Assembly (NCBI GenBank): GCA_013239625.1 | Contig: MU053994.1 | Location: forward strand, 2,175,589-2,239,588 | Direction of reading: 5' to 3' | Length of the DNA stretch: 64,000 nucleotides | DNA from: Lama guanicoe | Taxonomy: Eukaryota | Part shown: positions 10,592 through 22,246 of the stretch, piece by piece | Layout: every line of letters begins with the position of its first letter | How positions within the stretch are numbered: position 1 is the first letter of the stretch | Notes under the pieces: model-generated | The model's input: the letters and a program-made list of their open reading frames with translations, nothing else | Told to the model about the DNA's origin: nothing | Databases searched by the model: none | Translations under genes and position numbers: made by a program

Positions 10592-13500
10592 GGGGACGCA
10601 GCCCCGGCTTCCTGGGCCGCAGCTGCGACCGAGGGCGCAAGAGCAGATCGTGCTCGGAGGCGGCGGAGGCGGCGACGGCGGCGGCGGCTCGGGCCCGCGG
10701 CGCTCGCAGCTGAGAATCAACAAAGGGAGGCGGCGGGCGAGCGGGGGAGGGGCACCGCCGAGCGTTCGCTGGCTGCTGTGGAATAATAAAAAATAATTAA
10801 TAATGATAATAAGAGAAAAATCCCCGGGCTTTCATGGCTCTGGGTTTCCGTGTGGCTGCAGCGAGAAGCGCGCTGTCCTTGAGGCGGCCTCTCTCGCCTG
10901 GTCTGCCCGCCCCTCCCCCTCCCTCGCCCCCTCCCCTCCTCGGGAACCGGGAAGAGAAAGGTCTGCAGCTGACAAATATTATCCATTCTCCCCATCGATC
11001 GCGGAGTGTACAGATGTGAGCGCTTGATGTGCCCGCGGAGCGGCGGATCCTCCCTGCTTCGCTCGCTCTCGCCCAAGCTCCGCTCGCCGCCCCCCTCCTC
11101 CCCCTTTGTTCTCCTCCCCTTTCCCTCTCTTTAAATAGATTTCAGGGCGCTGCCTGTTGGAGAGCAGCTGGCGATCTCTCCCGAGAGAGGGAGCGAGCGC
11201 AGCCCGAGTCCCAAATGGCAGATTAAGCCAGCAGCGTCCGGCCTCAAAGGGGCCGGCGGCTCGGCTAAGGGTTAACCCGTCGGCCGGTAATCGCGGGCAC
11301 ACACACACACACAAGCGCGCGCGCGGCGCGCCCTCCCCGCCCGCCCGCGCGCCCGCCACAGCCCGCAGTGCGCCCGGGGCTAGAGGCGGGGGGGACTCGA
11401 GGGGGAGGGGCGGGGCGGGCTTAACCAGGCCGCTCGACTGAGCCGAGGCCACCTCGCCGTCTGTCACTTAAATGATTGTCCTCCGCGCCTCTCGGTGCGG
11501 TCAGTACGGGCTGTTAACAGGCAGTTGCAATCAGTTTCCGAAAGGTCAGCCAAGGTCCTCCGGCTCTCGCAGACGGAAGGCATTACGAAACCGCTTTTGT
11601 ATCTGCAGGCACTTTAGAAAAAGGCGAGGAGGGGCGCACCGCAGCACCGCGGTGCTGCGAACCCCGGGAGAGGGGCAGGAGCCATGGGGCGGGGGAGCTA
11701 GTCCCCCCCCAACCCACCCCCGCGGCCTGGACCCGGCGGCGGGGAAACCACACGGCGAGTGACCCAGGCCCTCCCGGTTTCGATGGGGAAGCAGGAAGGA
11801 AAGGGGGGAGCAGGCGGCAAGGGAAGGAGGAATGGGAGGAAGTGGGAGAGGCGTCCTGCCTCCCCTCCTCGCTCGGCCAGCAGCCCACACCGGGACCCGG
11901 CGGCCTTAGGTGCCTCAAGACCTCGCTCGGACTCTCAGGTTCTCCTGTCTCCAGGAAGTGGGGCGGGGGCTGGTTGGGAGAAAAAGAGAGACCCTCGCAG
12001 AGCAAGCGAGTCCCTGCGTGGTGTCTGAAGATGCTGCTGCTGCCGCCGCTAGAAGTCGTCCATCAGCAACCAGTCCAACCTGCCAGTGATAATGTGCGAT
12101 CAACACCAAATCACCCCCGCCAGGCGCGATCCATCATCGCTGCGCGCCGCGGGCCCGCGTGAGGCTGACTCGGGGCTGGGGCGGGGGGGTGGTGAGGAGC
12201 AGGAGGCTGTCGCCCAGCGCACTGGGACTCTCGGCGCACCTAGTTGCCCCTCCTGGAGGCCTGCACCCCAGCATTCAGAACTCTCCAAGTTCCCCAGCCG
12301 CAAAGCGCAGACCCCGTGGCTGCGAGTTCCTGGCGCAGGTCACTTAGGAGACCGCACGCCCTGCTGTCCGAGTCACACCCTACAAAGCCGTCCCTTCCTC
12401 GGACCTGCCCTGCCCGTCCCCTCCCCCTCCTTCGAGAAAGCCTGGCTGGCGGGAAATTAATATTTAATATCGTGAAATTGATTAAAGGGCTGAAAGCCGG
12501 CGATGGGGTGGGGGGAAGGGTAGGGGCGTAATTAAAGATCTGAGAGTCGTGGCCGCTCCTGGTCTGCTCCAGCCTCACGCGGCCTTTGTGAGGCCGAGGC
12601 AGAGCGGTGCTGGGCTGAGCCCGGCGGTCCGGGGCGGTGGCCCATGCTGCCCAGGATCCGGCCGGCGCCCGAGGGAGGAAGGCAGGGGCTGCACTGCGGG
12701 GACGGACTGTCCTGGAGTGGCGAGTTAACCTCAGCGCACCTGGGGCTGCGCGGAGAGCCGCGCTTCCCTTGCCTGCCTGTATCAGGGGCTCATCTCGGCC
12801 TCAGGAGCCTCAGGGTCGGGTGTTGCAGCTTTTCGCTACTAGTTCGGCGCAGAAGCCACTTCCCCGCCCGGGAGGGCCCTGGAGGGAGCATCCTCCATGC
12901 TATTCCTGGGTCTCCAAAAAAGCCTCACATTGGGTCCCTCTCCGAACCTGCCGCCCCAACCCTTGACCGAGATCTTCTGGGCCTCCCACGCAGCCTATCG
13001 GGAGCAGGGAGTCAGGTCCTTCCAGTTCTGTAACTGGGGGATCCTGAGGCTGAGGCTGCCCGGAGCTCCCGCTGGTTCTCTTTAGTCCAGACCCCACCTC
13101 GGGCCGCTCACACTCGGGGCAGCTTAACTCGTTCAGCTGCACTGCAGATGGGGCCTGCCGCTTGAGGCGGCGGTCTCCAAGGAGTCGTCACGGAACCAGC
13201 TCGACTGGCCGCCTGTCCTACCGTTTATGGTTACTGTGCCTCCCGGGAGGGCCATGGGACTGGACATGGCTGGAGGTGGGTGCGCCGGGGCCACCTGAGC
13301 TGGGCGTTACTTGAGGAATTCGGTGGGGCCAAGATCAGCGGTAATCCACTGGTGCAGGCTACAGGATGGTTGGCTCAATGGCAGGATGATTCACCCCCGC
13401 CCCATTTGTGCAGGCCTGGCTCCAAAGGGCCACTTCGAGGTTTTTCTTGCAGACGATTTATTTTTTGGTGAAGCAGTCTTGTCTGAAGAGTACCAACAAG

Positions 13501-14599
13501 TGTGAAGGGGGGGGGGACACATACAAACACAACGAACCGGATCCTTGGCCCTAATCAGCTGGGGGCCTGGGAGGGCCCGCCAGGCTCCAGGCCCGCTAGA
13601 AGAAAGGTCAGGACCAGGGAGGATTAGGCCCAGTCTTGGGTTTATTGCTGTACTTGAACAAAGCACCGGGGGCTGCCTAAACTGGGGCAAGAGAGAGGTA
13701 ATTAATAGAGGGGCTGCAGAAGTAAAGGAAGGCTGGTGTGGCTGCTGCCTGGGTGGGTGGAGGAAGTGTTCTCCATGAGAATAACCAGCCGGGGCAAACG
13801 TTATGCAGAACGACTTTATTTCACCAAAACAAAACCAAAAAGTTCACATTCAGCCTCTCACGCTGAGCTGATAAGCAACATGCAAACTTGGGATGGAACC
13901 TTGAACCAGTGGGAGGTGTCAGCCCACAGTTTACAAAGGCAATGGGAAGCTTTTCCGGGTACTTCTCCGTTCCTACCATTGTGATTCTACCTGCATCTGC
14001 TACTCCCTAGGGTGGCCCTTCTGACCTCCCAACCTGAGCCCGAGGCGAGATCACTCAGAATGCACCGCATTCATCAATGCCATTTCTGGTAAATTGGACC
14101 TCAGGTTTTGGACTGTCCTAGGAGGAAGGCAGCCTACGCAGTGCGCATACCGATGTCAGAGCAAATGTGATGGGTGGCACACATTCTGTAGCCTTTACTG
14201 AATAATATTATGGATTTCCCAACCAGATATACCCGACTTTCCAAGACATTCTTGATTTCATGAGATCTGGGCCCTGTATCTTAATCCGCCCGATCTGCTA
14301 CTTGCGGTCACTGATATTGTGGGATTGTGCGCCAAAGGTGTCCCATGGCTTACTGGCCGAGCTACCAGGGTGGGAGGAAATGGCGTGGGTGTAAGGCCTG
14401 CACCCAGTGGTACGCACTGGTCCTCTGTCCACCGTGTCTGCTGAGGCAGCCATCCTCCTCGTAGTCCCCATCTCAGCTAGGGCCTGTCCCTACCTCCTCC
14501 TAACAGAAGTCTGGGGGAGTAGGGTGATAAAGCATCCCTTTAGGGCCTGTCCAGGTAGGGCGCAGGGCAGGGAGCCTGTCTGGGGAAGGGGCAGGACTG

Positions 14600-15110
14600 G
14601 GTCCTCGGGGGTCCCCGTAGGCCAAGGAGGGGGGGTCTCCCCGATGGGGTCCCTGGGCCGGGAGCACTGGCTCCCGGGGGGCTGCGCCCGCCTCTCCCCC
14701 GGGCGCGGGCTGCACGCCGGCCGCCATCTTAGCCCGGGCGGCGCGGGCGGCGCTGCCCCCGGCGGTGGGACCGCAGAGCCGCAGGCCCGGCCGAGGTGGC
14801 CGCGCGGGCGTTCCCCGGGCGCTGCGTCCGCACCCTCCCGAGGCCCCTCTGCGCAGCGGGTCACGCCTGACCCCTGGCCCCGGGCGGCCGCTCCCGGTTA
14901 AAGCGCGGCCTGTAGTCACCCCTGGCCGCCACGCCAGAGCGGATTTTAATCCCGGTTCCCGGAGTCCTGCAACCGTCCACGCGTTATCACCTGTCCTGCA
15001 CCCAGCGGCCCCGCCGAGTATCCCGGGACTCGGGCTGCTGTCATCCCGGGGGGCGAGGCCTGCAGCACAGTCCCCGCCGTTCAAGGGGTCTGTAAGTCGC
15101 TTTCGGGGCA
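14600..15110. promoter_or_regulatory. CpG island 3 with perfect YY1 site
   Basis: CpG dense; GCCGCCATCTT at 14720-14730 (AAGATGGCGGC on minus strand). Confidence 0.75.
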
Positions 15111-15859
15111 AGAGGATTTGAAAGTTACCTCTCTTTAAGGGATCTTGATTGCAGAAGACTGTCACTTTGCTTGTCCACTTTTTGGCATGCATTTATGACG
15201 AGCTTGCTAAGGGCAAGGCACTGGGTTAGGTCCTATGGGAATTCAAAAGTACAAAAGTGAATTTTTTAAAAAGGCACCCCTGGCCCTCAATTTACAATCT
15301 AGGTAGGGAGGCAGGCTTGTAAACGACTAACACAAATAAAAGGCAATGTGAAATGAATGTAAACAAAGGGCATGAATCCTGCAGTAAATGGTCTGAGGAA
15401 GGACCAATTAATTATTTTTAAAATAACCTTTACTTCTAAAAATGTAGAATCAGTTCGAGGAGGGAAGAGGAGGGAAGGATAAATACTTGCTAACACTGGA
15501 TGGTTCCAGGGAATAACAGTCATCACTTCTGAAACGTTGATGTTTAGGAAAAATGGTGAAAGTTTATTTAAACTAAGCAAAATACCAAGATTCAGAAACC
15601 TTGGATTCATTTCTCAGGTCCTGACATAAGCTGGGTGGTAGAGATGCAATTTTCCATCCAAACACAATGCCACCCCCTTCCCGCCACCACCCCCGCCCTG
15701 TTTGAAATCAGTAAAACTCCCACCATACTTCATAAAAAGAAAAGTTTTAGAAAATAAAACGAAGTGGAAGATTAGAAAAACTTCTCAAAAGGCTTCAGAC
15801 TTAAAGAAAATGGGGATTAAAAAAACCAACACACAAAACAAAAAAGACCAGCCTATTTG

Positions 15860-16400
15860 CAGATGGTCTCCAAGCTGTGAACATGCAGAACACTGTCCCA
15901 AGATGATTTGTACAGGGGTTGAAGAGTGTGGGAAAATGAGTCATAGGTCAGAGAAAATGAAGCAAATAAAAAAATGAGGCAATTATTAACTCTAGGAAAA
16001 AAAATTGCACAAGAAAGGAAATGCAATCACTGAAGCTCATTTGCCTCTGCAATAAACATATATATGTGGTCACAAAGTAAACACTGGATATGAATTTAAT
16101 AAGAAATTATGATGTAGCTCTATTGTGAGAGTGGGGGAGGGGAAGCATGATGTAGAGAACTGAAATCTTCCTGTTCCATACTAGGAGGTCAACAGATGTT
16201 ATTATTATGGATTATCTAAGAGAAGGCTACATCTATACATCTACGTATTACTTAGAAATATGGTACCTACCAGAAGAAACAGGCAGAAAAAGAAGGGACG
16301 TACCCACAGGGGACTGCTTTTTGTACCAAGCCTTTACATGCTATTTGGCTTCATAAACTTTGGGCAAACATTCCTTCGTGAAAAATACAAATTAGGCTGT
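15860..16400 (+). mobile_element. Old HAL1 (Half-L1) 3' fragment
   Basis: aagcaaat...ggcaattattaactctaggaaaa...aagaaaggaaatgcaatca...ttccatactaggaggtcaacagat...ttagaaatatgg matches remembered HAL1 3' region. Confidence 0.6.
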
Positions 16401-17399
16401 TTTTTTTTTAATTAAAAACACACATATGTAGAAGACTAAAACTCTGAGAACCCTCAAACAGTCACAATGATGTAACTAACATCCTTTGAAACTATCTTCC
16501 TTCAACATACCCTGCTCAAATTACCCAAAGTGGGCAAAGAAACAAGGAGAGAGGTGAATGGAACTGGAGCTCCTGGCCCGTACATTCCTCGTTATGAGGG
16601 AAGGGCAAGTCATCTAAATTTTCCATGCTCAGGAAAGATGCCATTTATGGCTTTACTGTGAAAATATCTTCCCAAGTATTAATGGAATTCTAAATACCAA
16701 TACTGTCCACTATAGAAACAAACGAGAGTAAACTTTACAGGGTTAATTTAGAAGGCTTCCGAAGGATTCTCCTCTGAGCCTAAGGCCAACACCAGAAAAA
16801 AATCCCTCTTTAGAGTTAACTTTGATTAGGAATTGCTCTCTCCGGATGATCCTCCACTTTTAAATGCAAATTGTCTTTGTCTGTTACACGTTGGTGTGAA
16901 TTTTAGTTCACAGGTAACCTGTCAGGATGTCCAACTCCATTGCACCACCTGTTAGGGTCTTATACTCAGACACCCACACCCAGTACATAAAGGCCTGCAG
17001 TCAGCAACATCCCTGAAAGGCTTCCCACTCAAAACCAAAGAAAACAGCCCCACCCCGCACCTGCCAAAAAAATCCCACTTTGTTGGCTCAACAAGACACA
17101 TAGGTTGGGTGGCTGTCTTTTTTTTTTTTTTTAACACCTAATATATCCTAGGAGGGACCCAGTAATTCAGTAATTTATGAACACTGGACCCTACAGAGGA
17201 GAGGTGACAAACAAAGAGTGAGTAAATGGGCCTACTGCTCTAACCTGCTAGGTCAACACTGGCCTGGTGTGCAGCTTAGGCTGGCCCACTCTGCTCCCAA
17301 GATGCCCTTTTGACCCCTGTCCTGCCTTGTGTCACCATCTCTTTTCTTCTTGATCAGAGAGAAAATCTGTTTCTCCTCTGCCCTGAAAATAGAACTGCC

Positions 17400-17531
17400 A
17401 CTAGCCTACCTGGTGACTTGGTAAGCATTGGAGAAAGGTGCCTCTGGGCCTGAATCCCAGTCCTCACTCCCTGTCTTGGCTAGGGACCTTTGTGCAGTAC
17501 ACAAACTACACAACCTGATGTGGCGGCCTGG
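17400..17531 (-). mobile_element. MER91-like hAT-Tip100 fragment
   Basis: Reverse complement reads caggccgccacatcaggttgtgtagtttgtgtactgcacaaagg, similar to the MER91 5' end. Confidence 0.45.
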
Positions 17532-18849
17532 CTCCAGAAGCCTGCTTATTTTGGGAGTTGCCCTGAATGTTGCTCAGTTCTGACCTGTGAGGTTCCTGCT
17601 GCCTCTGGGTTTCTTTGGTTTCCTGCATAGCAGACCTGGTTTTCTGCCCTGCAGACCCAGATCACCTGAAGAGAGGCTGGGGTGAATAAGATACACCCTG
17701 GGAAGTTGGGGTGAGGTCAGGAAATGGGCATGTAGGTCAGAGTTCACCCAGGAGTTCTCCACTAACTCTGGGACTTCCATTTTCATTGAGATCTAAAAAC
17801 ATGAACCTCTTGCCCCAAAGCCTTGCTGAAAATAAAATCTTCATGAGCAAAAAAAGAAAGCAGGCCAGAGGGTAACGTGCCTTTTGGAATTTCAAAAGCG
17901 GGGAAATTATTAGATTTCAGATTTAGGGAAGGTGCGTCACATTAAGGGAGCCAGAGAAAATAATAACTGCCAATTCCGAAGCAAAACAAAATCATGTTTT
18001 TCCACTGCGTTTCTATCTCTGTCTCCTAGTCGAGCCACAATGAAATAGCAGATCAAATAGCAGATCAAAGGCAGAGGCAAATACAATTATGTTGCCTGTG
18101 AAACCCCTAGCATGAAATTAGAAGTCAAACTCTCCATTCAGGGGTTAGAGACAAGGATAATGGGAACCCGGGGCCCTAGAGATGTACCCAGCCCCTTTCA
18201 GTCACAACACTATCCATGCTGGATATTTAAAACCACACCTGGGGGTAGGGGACAAACATTAAGTATTAGAGTAATTTAGTATTAGACTCATGTATTATTT
18301 TTTCCACACTTACTTTTAGCAAGTGCACTGACTACATTTCCAGCTCTGCACCACAGAAAGATATCTGGATGTTGAAGGGGGAAAAAAAAGCGATTTGCAA
18401 GCAAACAGTGAAAATAATGTTGCCTGAAGTGATGAAGGGTTACCGCAGATCCACCCAAGACAGTGGGTGAAGGATGATGGCGGCCAGATTCCCAGTCCCA
18501 TCTTTTACCTGCCTCCCCTTTCATTGCTGAATGGCCTAAAACCTGGCTGATCCCACCAACCAATTCTCCCTCAGTCCTTCCCACACTTCACAAGCTCACG
18601 GGGAGAGCCGTCCTTTGATATCGTCGATTTTTCATAAAACCCATATTGGCTTTATGGCTCTATTTCTTTTACCCTGGCCTAATTTTAGCTCTCTGTCTCC
18701 CCCTTAACCACCCCCCCACCAATATAATTTATGTGGCCTCTTGAGGGTACAAAGTCCTATTATAACGTAGACTATTCTGTTTGGAGCCAGTGCTAATTAA
18801 GCTTAGCTCTCAAGAGTGCCTGGCATGGCTTGCTTTCTTTTTTATTTTC

Positions 18850-19305
18850 CCAGTGGCCGTAAGTTCTTTGAGACCCCCTCCCACTGAGGGCTAGGGTCTG
18901 TGTCCCCTCCCCTTGAATCTGGGTGGGCCTGTGACTCACTCGCTATAGGTAGTAGAATACAGAAGAAATGAGGCCACCCGATTTCTGAGGGTGGATTCTA
19001 AGAGGTGATGCTGGCATACTTGTTCTTGGAGCCCGGAGCTGCTGCTATGTTCTGTCACTTCAAGTCCTACTACCCTTAAGCCACCATACTGTGGGGAAGC
19101 TCAAGCCACACTGGGAGCCCTGTGCTTGTGCTGTGGGACACAGCCGAGGTGCCAGCCAGCAGCCTCCAGATGTTCCCAGCCCCTGGCTGCTGGGTTTTTC
19201 CACCAAATTCTGGACCCATCAAATCCACGAGCAGCATTCAACTGCTTCTGCACTAGCTCCCTTGCCGCTGACAAGCTCTGACCCTCACTTTTGTGATAGT
19301 AAGTA
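18850..19305 (+). mobile_element. MaLR LTR (MLT1G/H-like)
   Basis: gtcccctccccttgaatctgggtgggcctgtgact...gccaccatactgtggggaagctcaagccaca, typical MLT1 blocks. Confidence 0.7.
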
Positions 19306-20399
19306 GGGGAGATGAGTTTTATGACATGTTGCTAAATCCATAGGAGAAGGTGAGCTGGATTGAAACCAGCAGCGTGGTGGGCGAGGCATTTTCCATCACC
19401 GCCCAAATCCTCCACCTTGGATGACACAACGTCTTGTTCTTTATGGAATCCCTGGAGGACAGACAGTGACCTGTCTCCTTCTCAAATCTGACCTCACATT
19501 TCCCCTAAAGGAGCCGGTTGAAAGGCCCCCATTTGTTGTTCCCTCCTGACCTAGACTGGCTGTATGAGGGAGCCAGTTCACTGGGCAGGAGAGAGGGACC
19601 ACCAGGCGTTTCCACCTGGCTAGCTTTGCTCTCCCATGTCTCCTCCACTCTTCTCACATTTTCCTTGCCTCTTCTTGGAATGGGGTGGGATGGAATACAA
19701 AAAGAATGTCAGCTTACTTCATTTTCTTCCCAATTCCTCCACAAATCCCAGTCTTCTCATTCCCTGACCCCCAACTACCCATTTGTGTCACAGTCCGGAC
19801 ACATGCGTTTCCATTCACAATACTCAGTCACATTTGCTCGGCCACGCCCACAGAGTTGCCCAGCAGTGTCCTTGGCCTCGCCCTCCCCCCTTCCCTCTCT
19901 TCCTCCTTCCCTGAGACAGGTACTCACGGGCCCTGGCTGCCCAGGATGCCCACTGGCCCTAACTCACAACCTGCCCTCCTGGGGAAGTGCTGAGTTCAGG
20001 GGAGACCTGGGGAGGAGCTGTGAGACATCTGGAATGTGGAAGACTGAGGGGGAGGAGATGGGGGGCTGGGTCCTAACCCCCAACCCCGTCCCCAACACAC
20101 ACATCTAGTAGGCAGGGCATCCAAGAGCAGGAGAAAGAACAAGCCACCTGTTATGCGGAGAAAAATAGGCCAAATTGTCTGAAGGGTCAGAGGTGGGAAT
20201 ATTGGGGTCCTGTGCCTCCAATTCATAGGGCTACTGGAACACACTTTAGAAACAAGTCTCTCTGTTGACTCACATCCCAGGCCAGTGAGATTTGGGCCCA
20301 GCTAGGGCCTTGCACGAAATTTCCTTCCTACGCTTCAAACACTATCAGCCCAAACCCTCCCTCACTCTTTCAAGAGCAAGGGCGTGACATTTATGAAAA

Positions 20400-20640
20400 T
20401 CTTATTATTACCTTCCTGGTGCTTTACAGGCAATTACTTCACTGACTCTTTCCCCAAGCTGGCTTGTATTCTCATGCCCATTTCCCAGATAACAAAAATG
20501 AGGCTCAGAAAGGTTACATAATCACAGATAAGAAAACCGAGGCTCTGAAAGGTTACATAATACATAACCTCTGTAACCTAAAGGTTACAGAGCTCCCACC
20601 TTAAGCCCTGATGTGTCTCGCTCCTGAGCTTTCCACACCT
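20400..20640 (-). mobile_element. MIR SINE with internal duplication
   Basis: cccatttcccagataacaaaaatgaggctcagaaaggtta is the MIR core in reverse. Confidence 0.7.
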
Positions 20641-20649
20641 GTGATCTCA

Positions 20650-20790
20650 CAAACACTTTTGATCACGTTGTTTGTACCAACCTGTGCCAGGCTTGCAAAG
20701 ATTCATAAGACAGCCTCTGCTCATGGGGAGTTTGTAGTCTAGTAGGGGAGACAGAAGCAGTGCAATACACCAGGATAGGGGCTCTGAATG
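20650..20790 (-). mobile_element. L2 3' fragment
   Basis: tgtgccagg...ataagacagcctctgctcatggggagtttgtagtctagtaggggagacaga. Confidence 0.6.
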
Positions 20791-22210
20791 CATGTGGGAT
20801 GGTCCAAGTACCGTGGAGCTCTTCTGAACATCCTGATCATCATTGCCTTTCCATCTCAATCCTACTTTCTCAGCGCCCCCCCCCCCGGTTTCTTCTCACA
20901 AGGCCACTCTTCTTATCATCCCTTAGGCACTAGCTGCTGGCTTCCCGTCCATGTCCATGCCTGTTTCTTTTCTCCTATCAATGGAGTCTTACACACCTGG
21001 CAGGGATCCTGGCACCCTATCTACCTGGAGAGGCTGCCTTGGTTGGGGAGATGTCCTTGGCCTATGGGGCCCCTCTGGGAGGAGCTAGACCCTGACTGCA
21101 GCCCCAGGCTTCCTCGGCTGGGACATGGGCACAGGGGCCTGGACACTGGGCAGGCTGGTAGGCCCTAGCCAGGCTTTTATTGAAGCCTGTTAAAGGGCTT
21201 TGGGCTTCCTCTGATGAAAGGCGCTTAAGTGCATCTGGTTTTGATTACAGGGGAGGAGAAAGCCAGGCGGTCTCTCGGGGGTTGGACCAGTCATCTGGCT
21301 CTGCCTTCCTCCGGGCAGAGCAGGCTGCTGGTGAGGCCAGGAGGCCAGGTGTGGGGGGCAGGCAGGAAGCAGAGCCAGTACAAAACCCTCCAACTCTCCA
21401 AAAGGCTCCTGACCCCTGCCCCTGGCTCTGCCAGGCGGGACTCCCAGAAACAGCATGGTGGCTCAGAGATGCCAGGCTCCTTTGAGAAAGTCAAGTTCAT
21501 CCCTGGCCAAAATCTCTTCAAGTATTTCCACCCCCTCATCTCTAAAATATTCTCCTAAGAACCCCTGACCCTCCAACAACCTTTCCGGCTGCTCTTCTCT
21601 CTCAGACGACGTTAAAATAGGCTTCTGCCTCAAGGGTTTCCGCAAGTGATGAAAACTAAGGAAATGCAGACTTTTAAAAGTTAAAAAAAAAAACCTTAAT
21701 GTTTTCTTTCTCCTTTTCAACTTGCCAGGTATCATTACCTATAAAACAGACATCATTAAGGATTCCAGGGCACTGTAACTGACAACTATGCTGAATTAAA
21801 GGAAGAGATTGGTATTAAAATAAGATGGCTGTCCTGGACCCTCACCAGGCAGCCCCAGCCGCTCTGTGCCCCGCACCTGTCCCTGCGCGGGACTCCACGT
21901 GGGCACAAAAAGCTCATGGGGGATAGGATGGGTTAAACACAGTACGCGGTTCTAGAAACGAAAATGCATTTTCTTATTCCCGCCCTGATTTAATCCTGCT
22001 GCGTGTTATTATTGTCAAGTCTCTTCGCACCACCGTTTCTAAAAAGAAAACCCGTGGGTCTGCGCGGCCATGCGCCGCCTGCTCAGCTTTTATTGTACAC
22101 GCAGCCTGGTCTGTCTGCGTGGATCCAGCACGTCGTGACCGCCTCGCAGGCGCGCACGGACACCCTCGGATTGGCATTTTGATAAGAGCTGGGCGCATTG
22201 TCTTGGCGGC

Positions 22211-22212
<2 letters not shown>

Positions 22213-22244
<32 letters not shown>
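22213..22244. repeat. (CA)16 microsatellite
   Basis: Read directly. Confidence 0.95.

Positions 22245-22246
<2 letters not shown>

Larger units (their letters stand above)
8200..13300. promoter_or_regulatory. CpG island cluster 2
   Basis: Extreme GC/CpG density, GGC repeats, G-runs, GC boxes. Confidence 0.85.
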
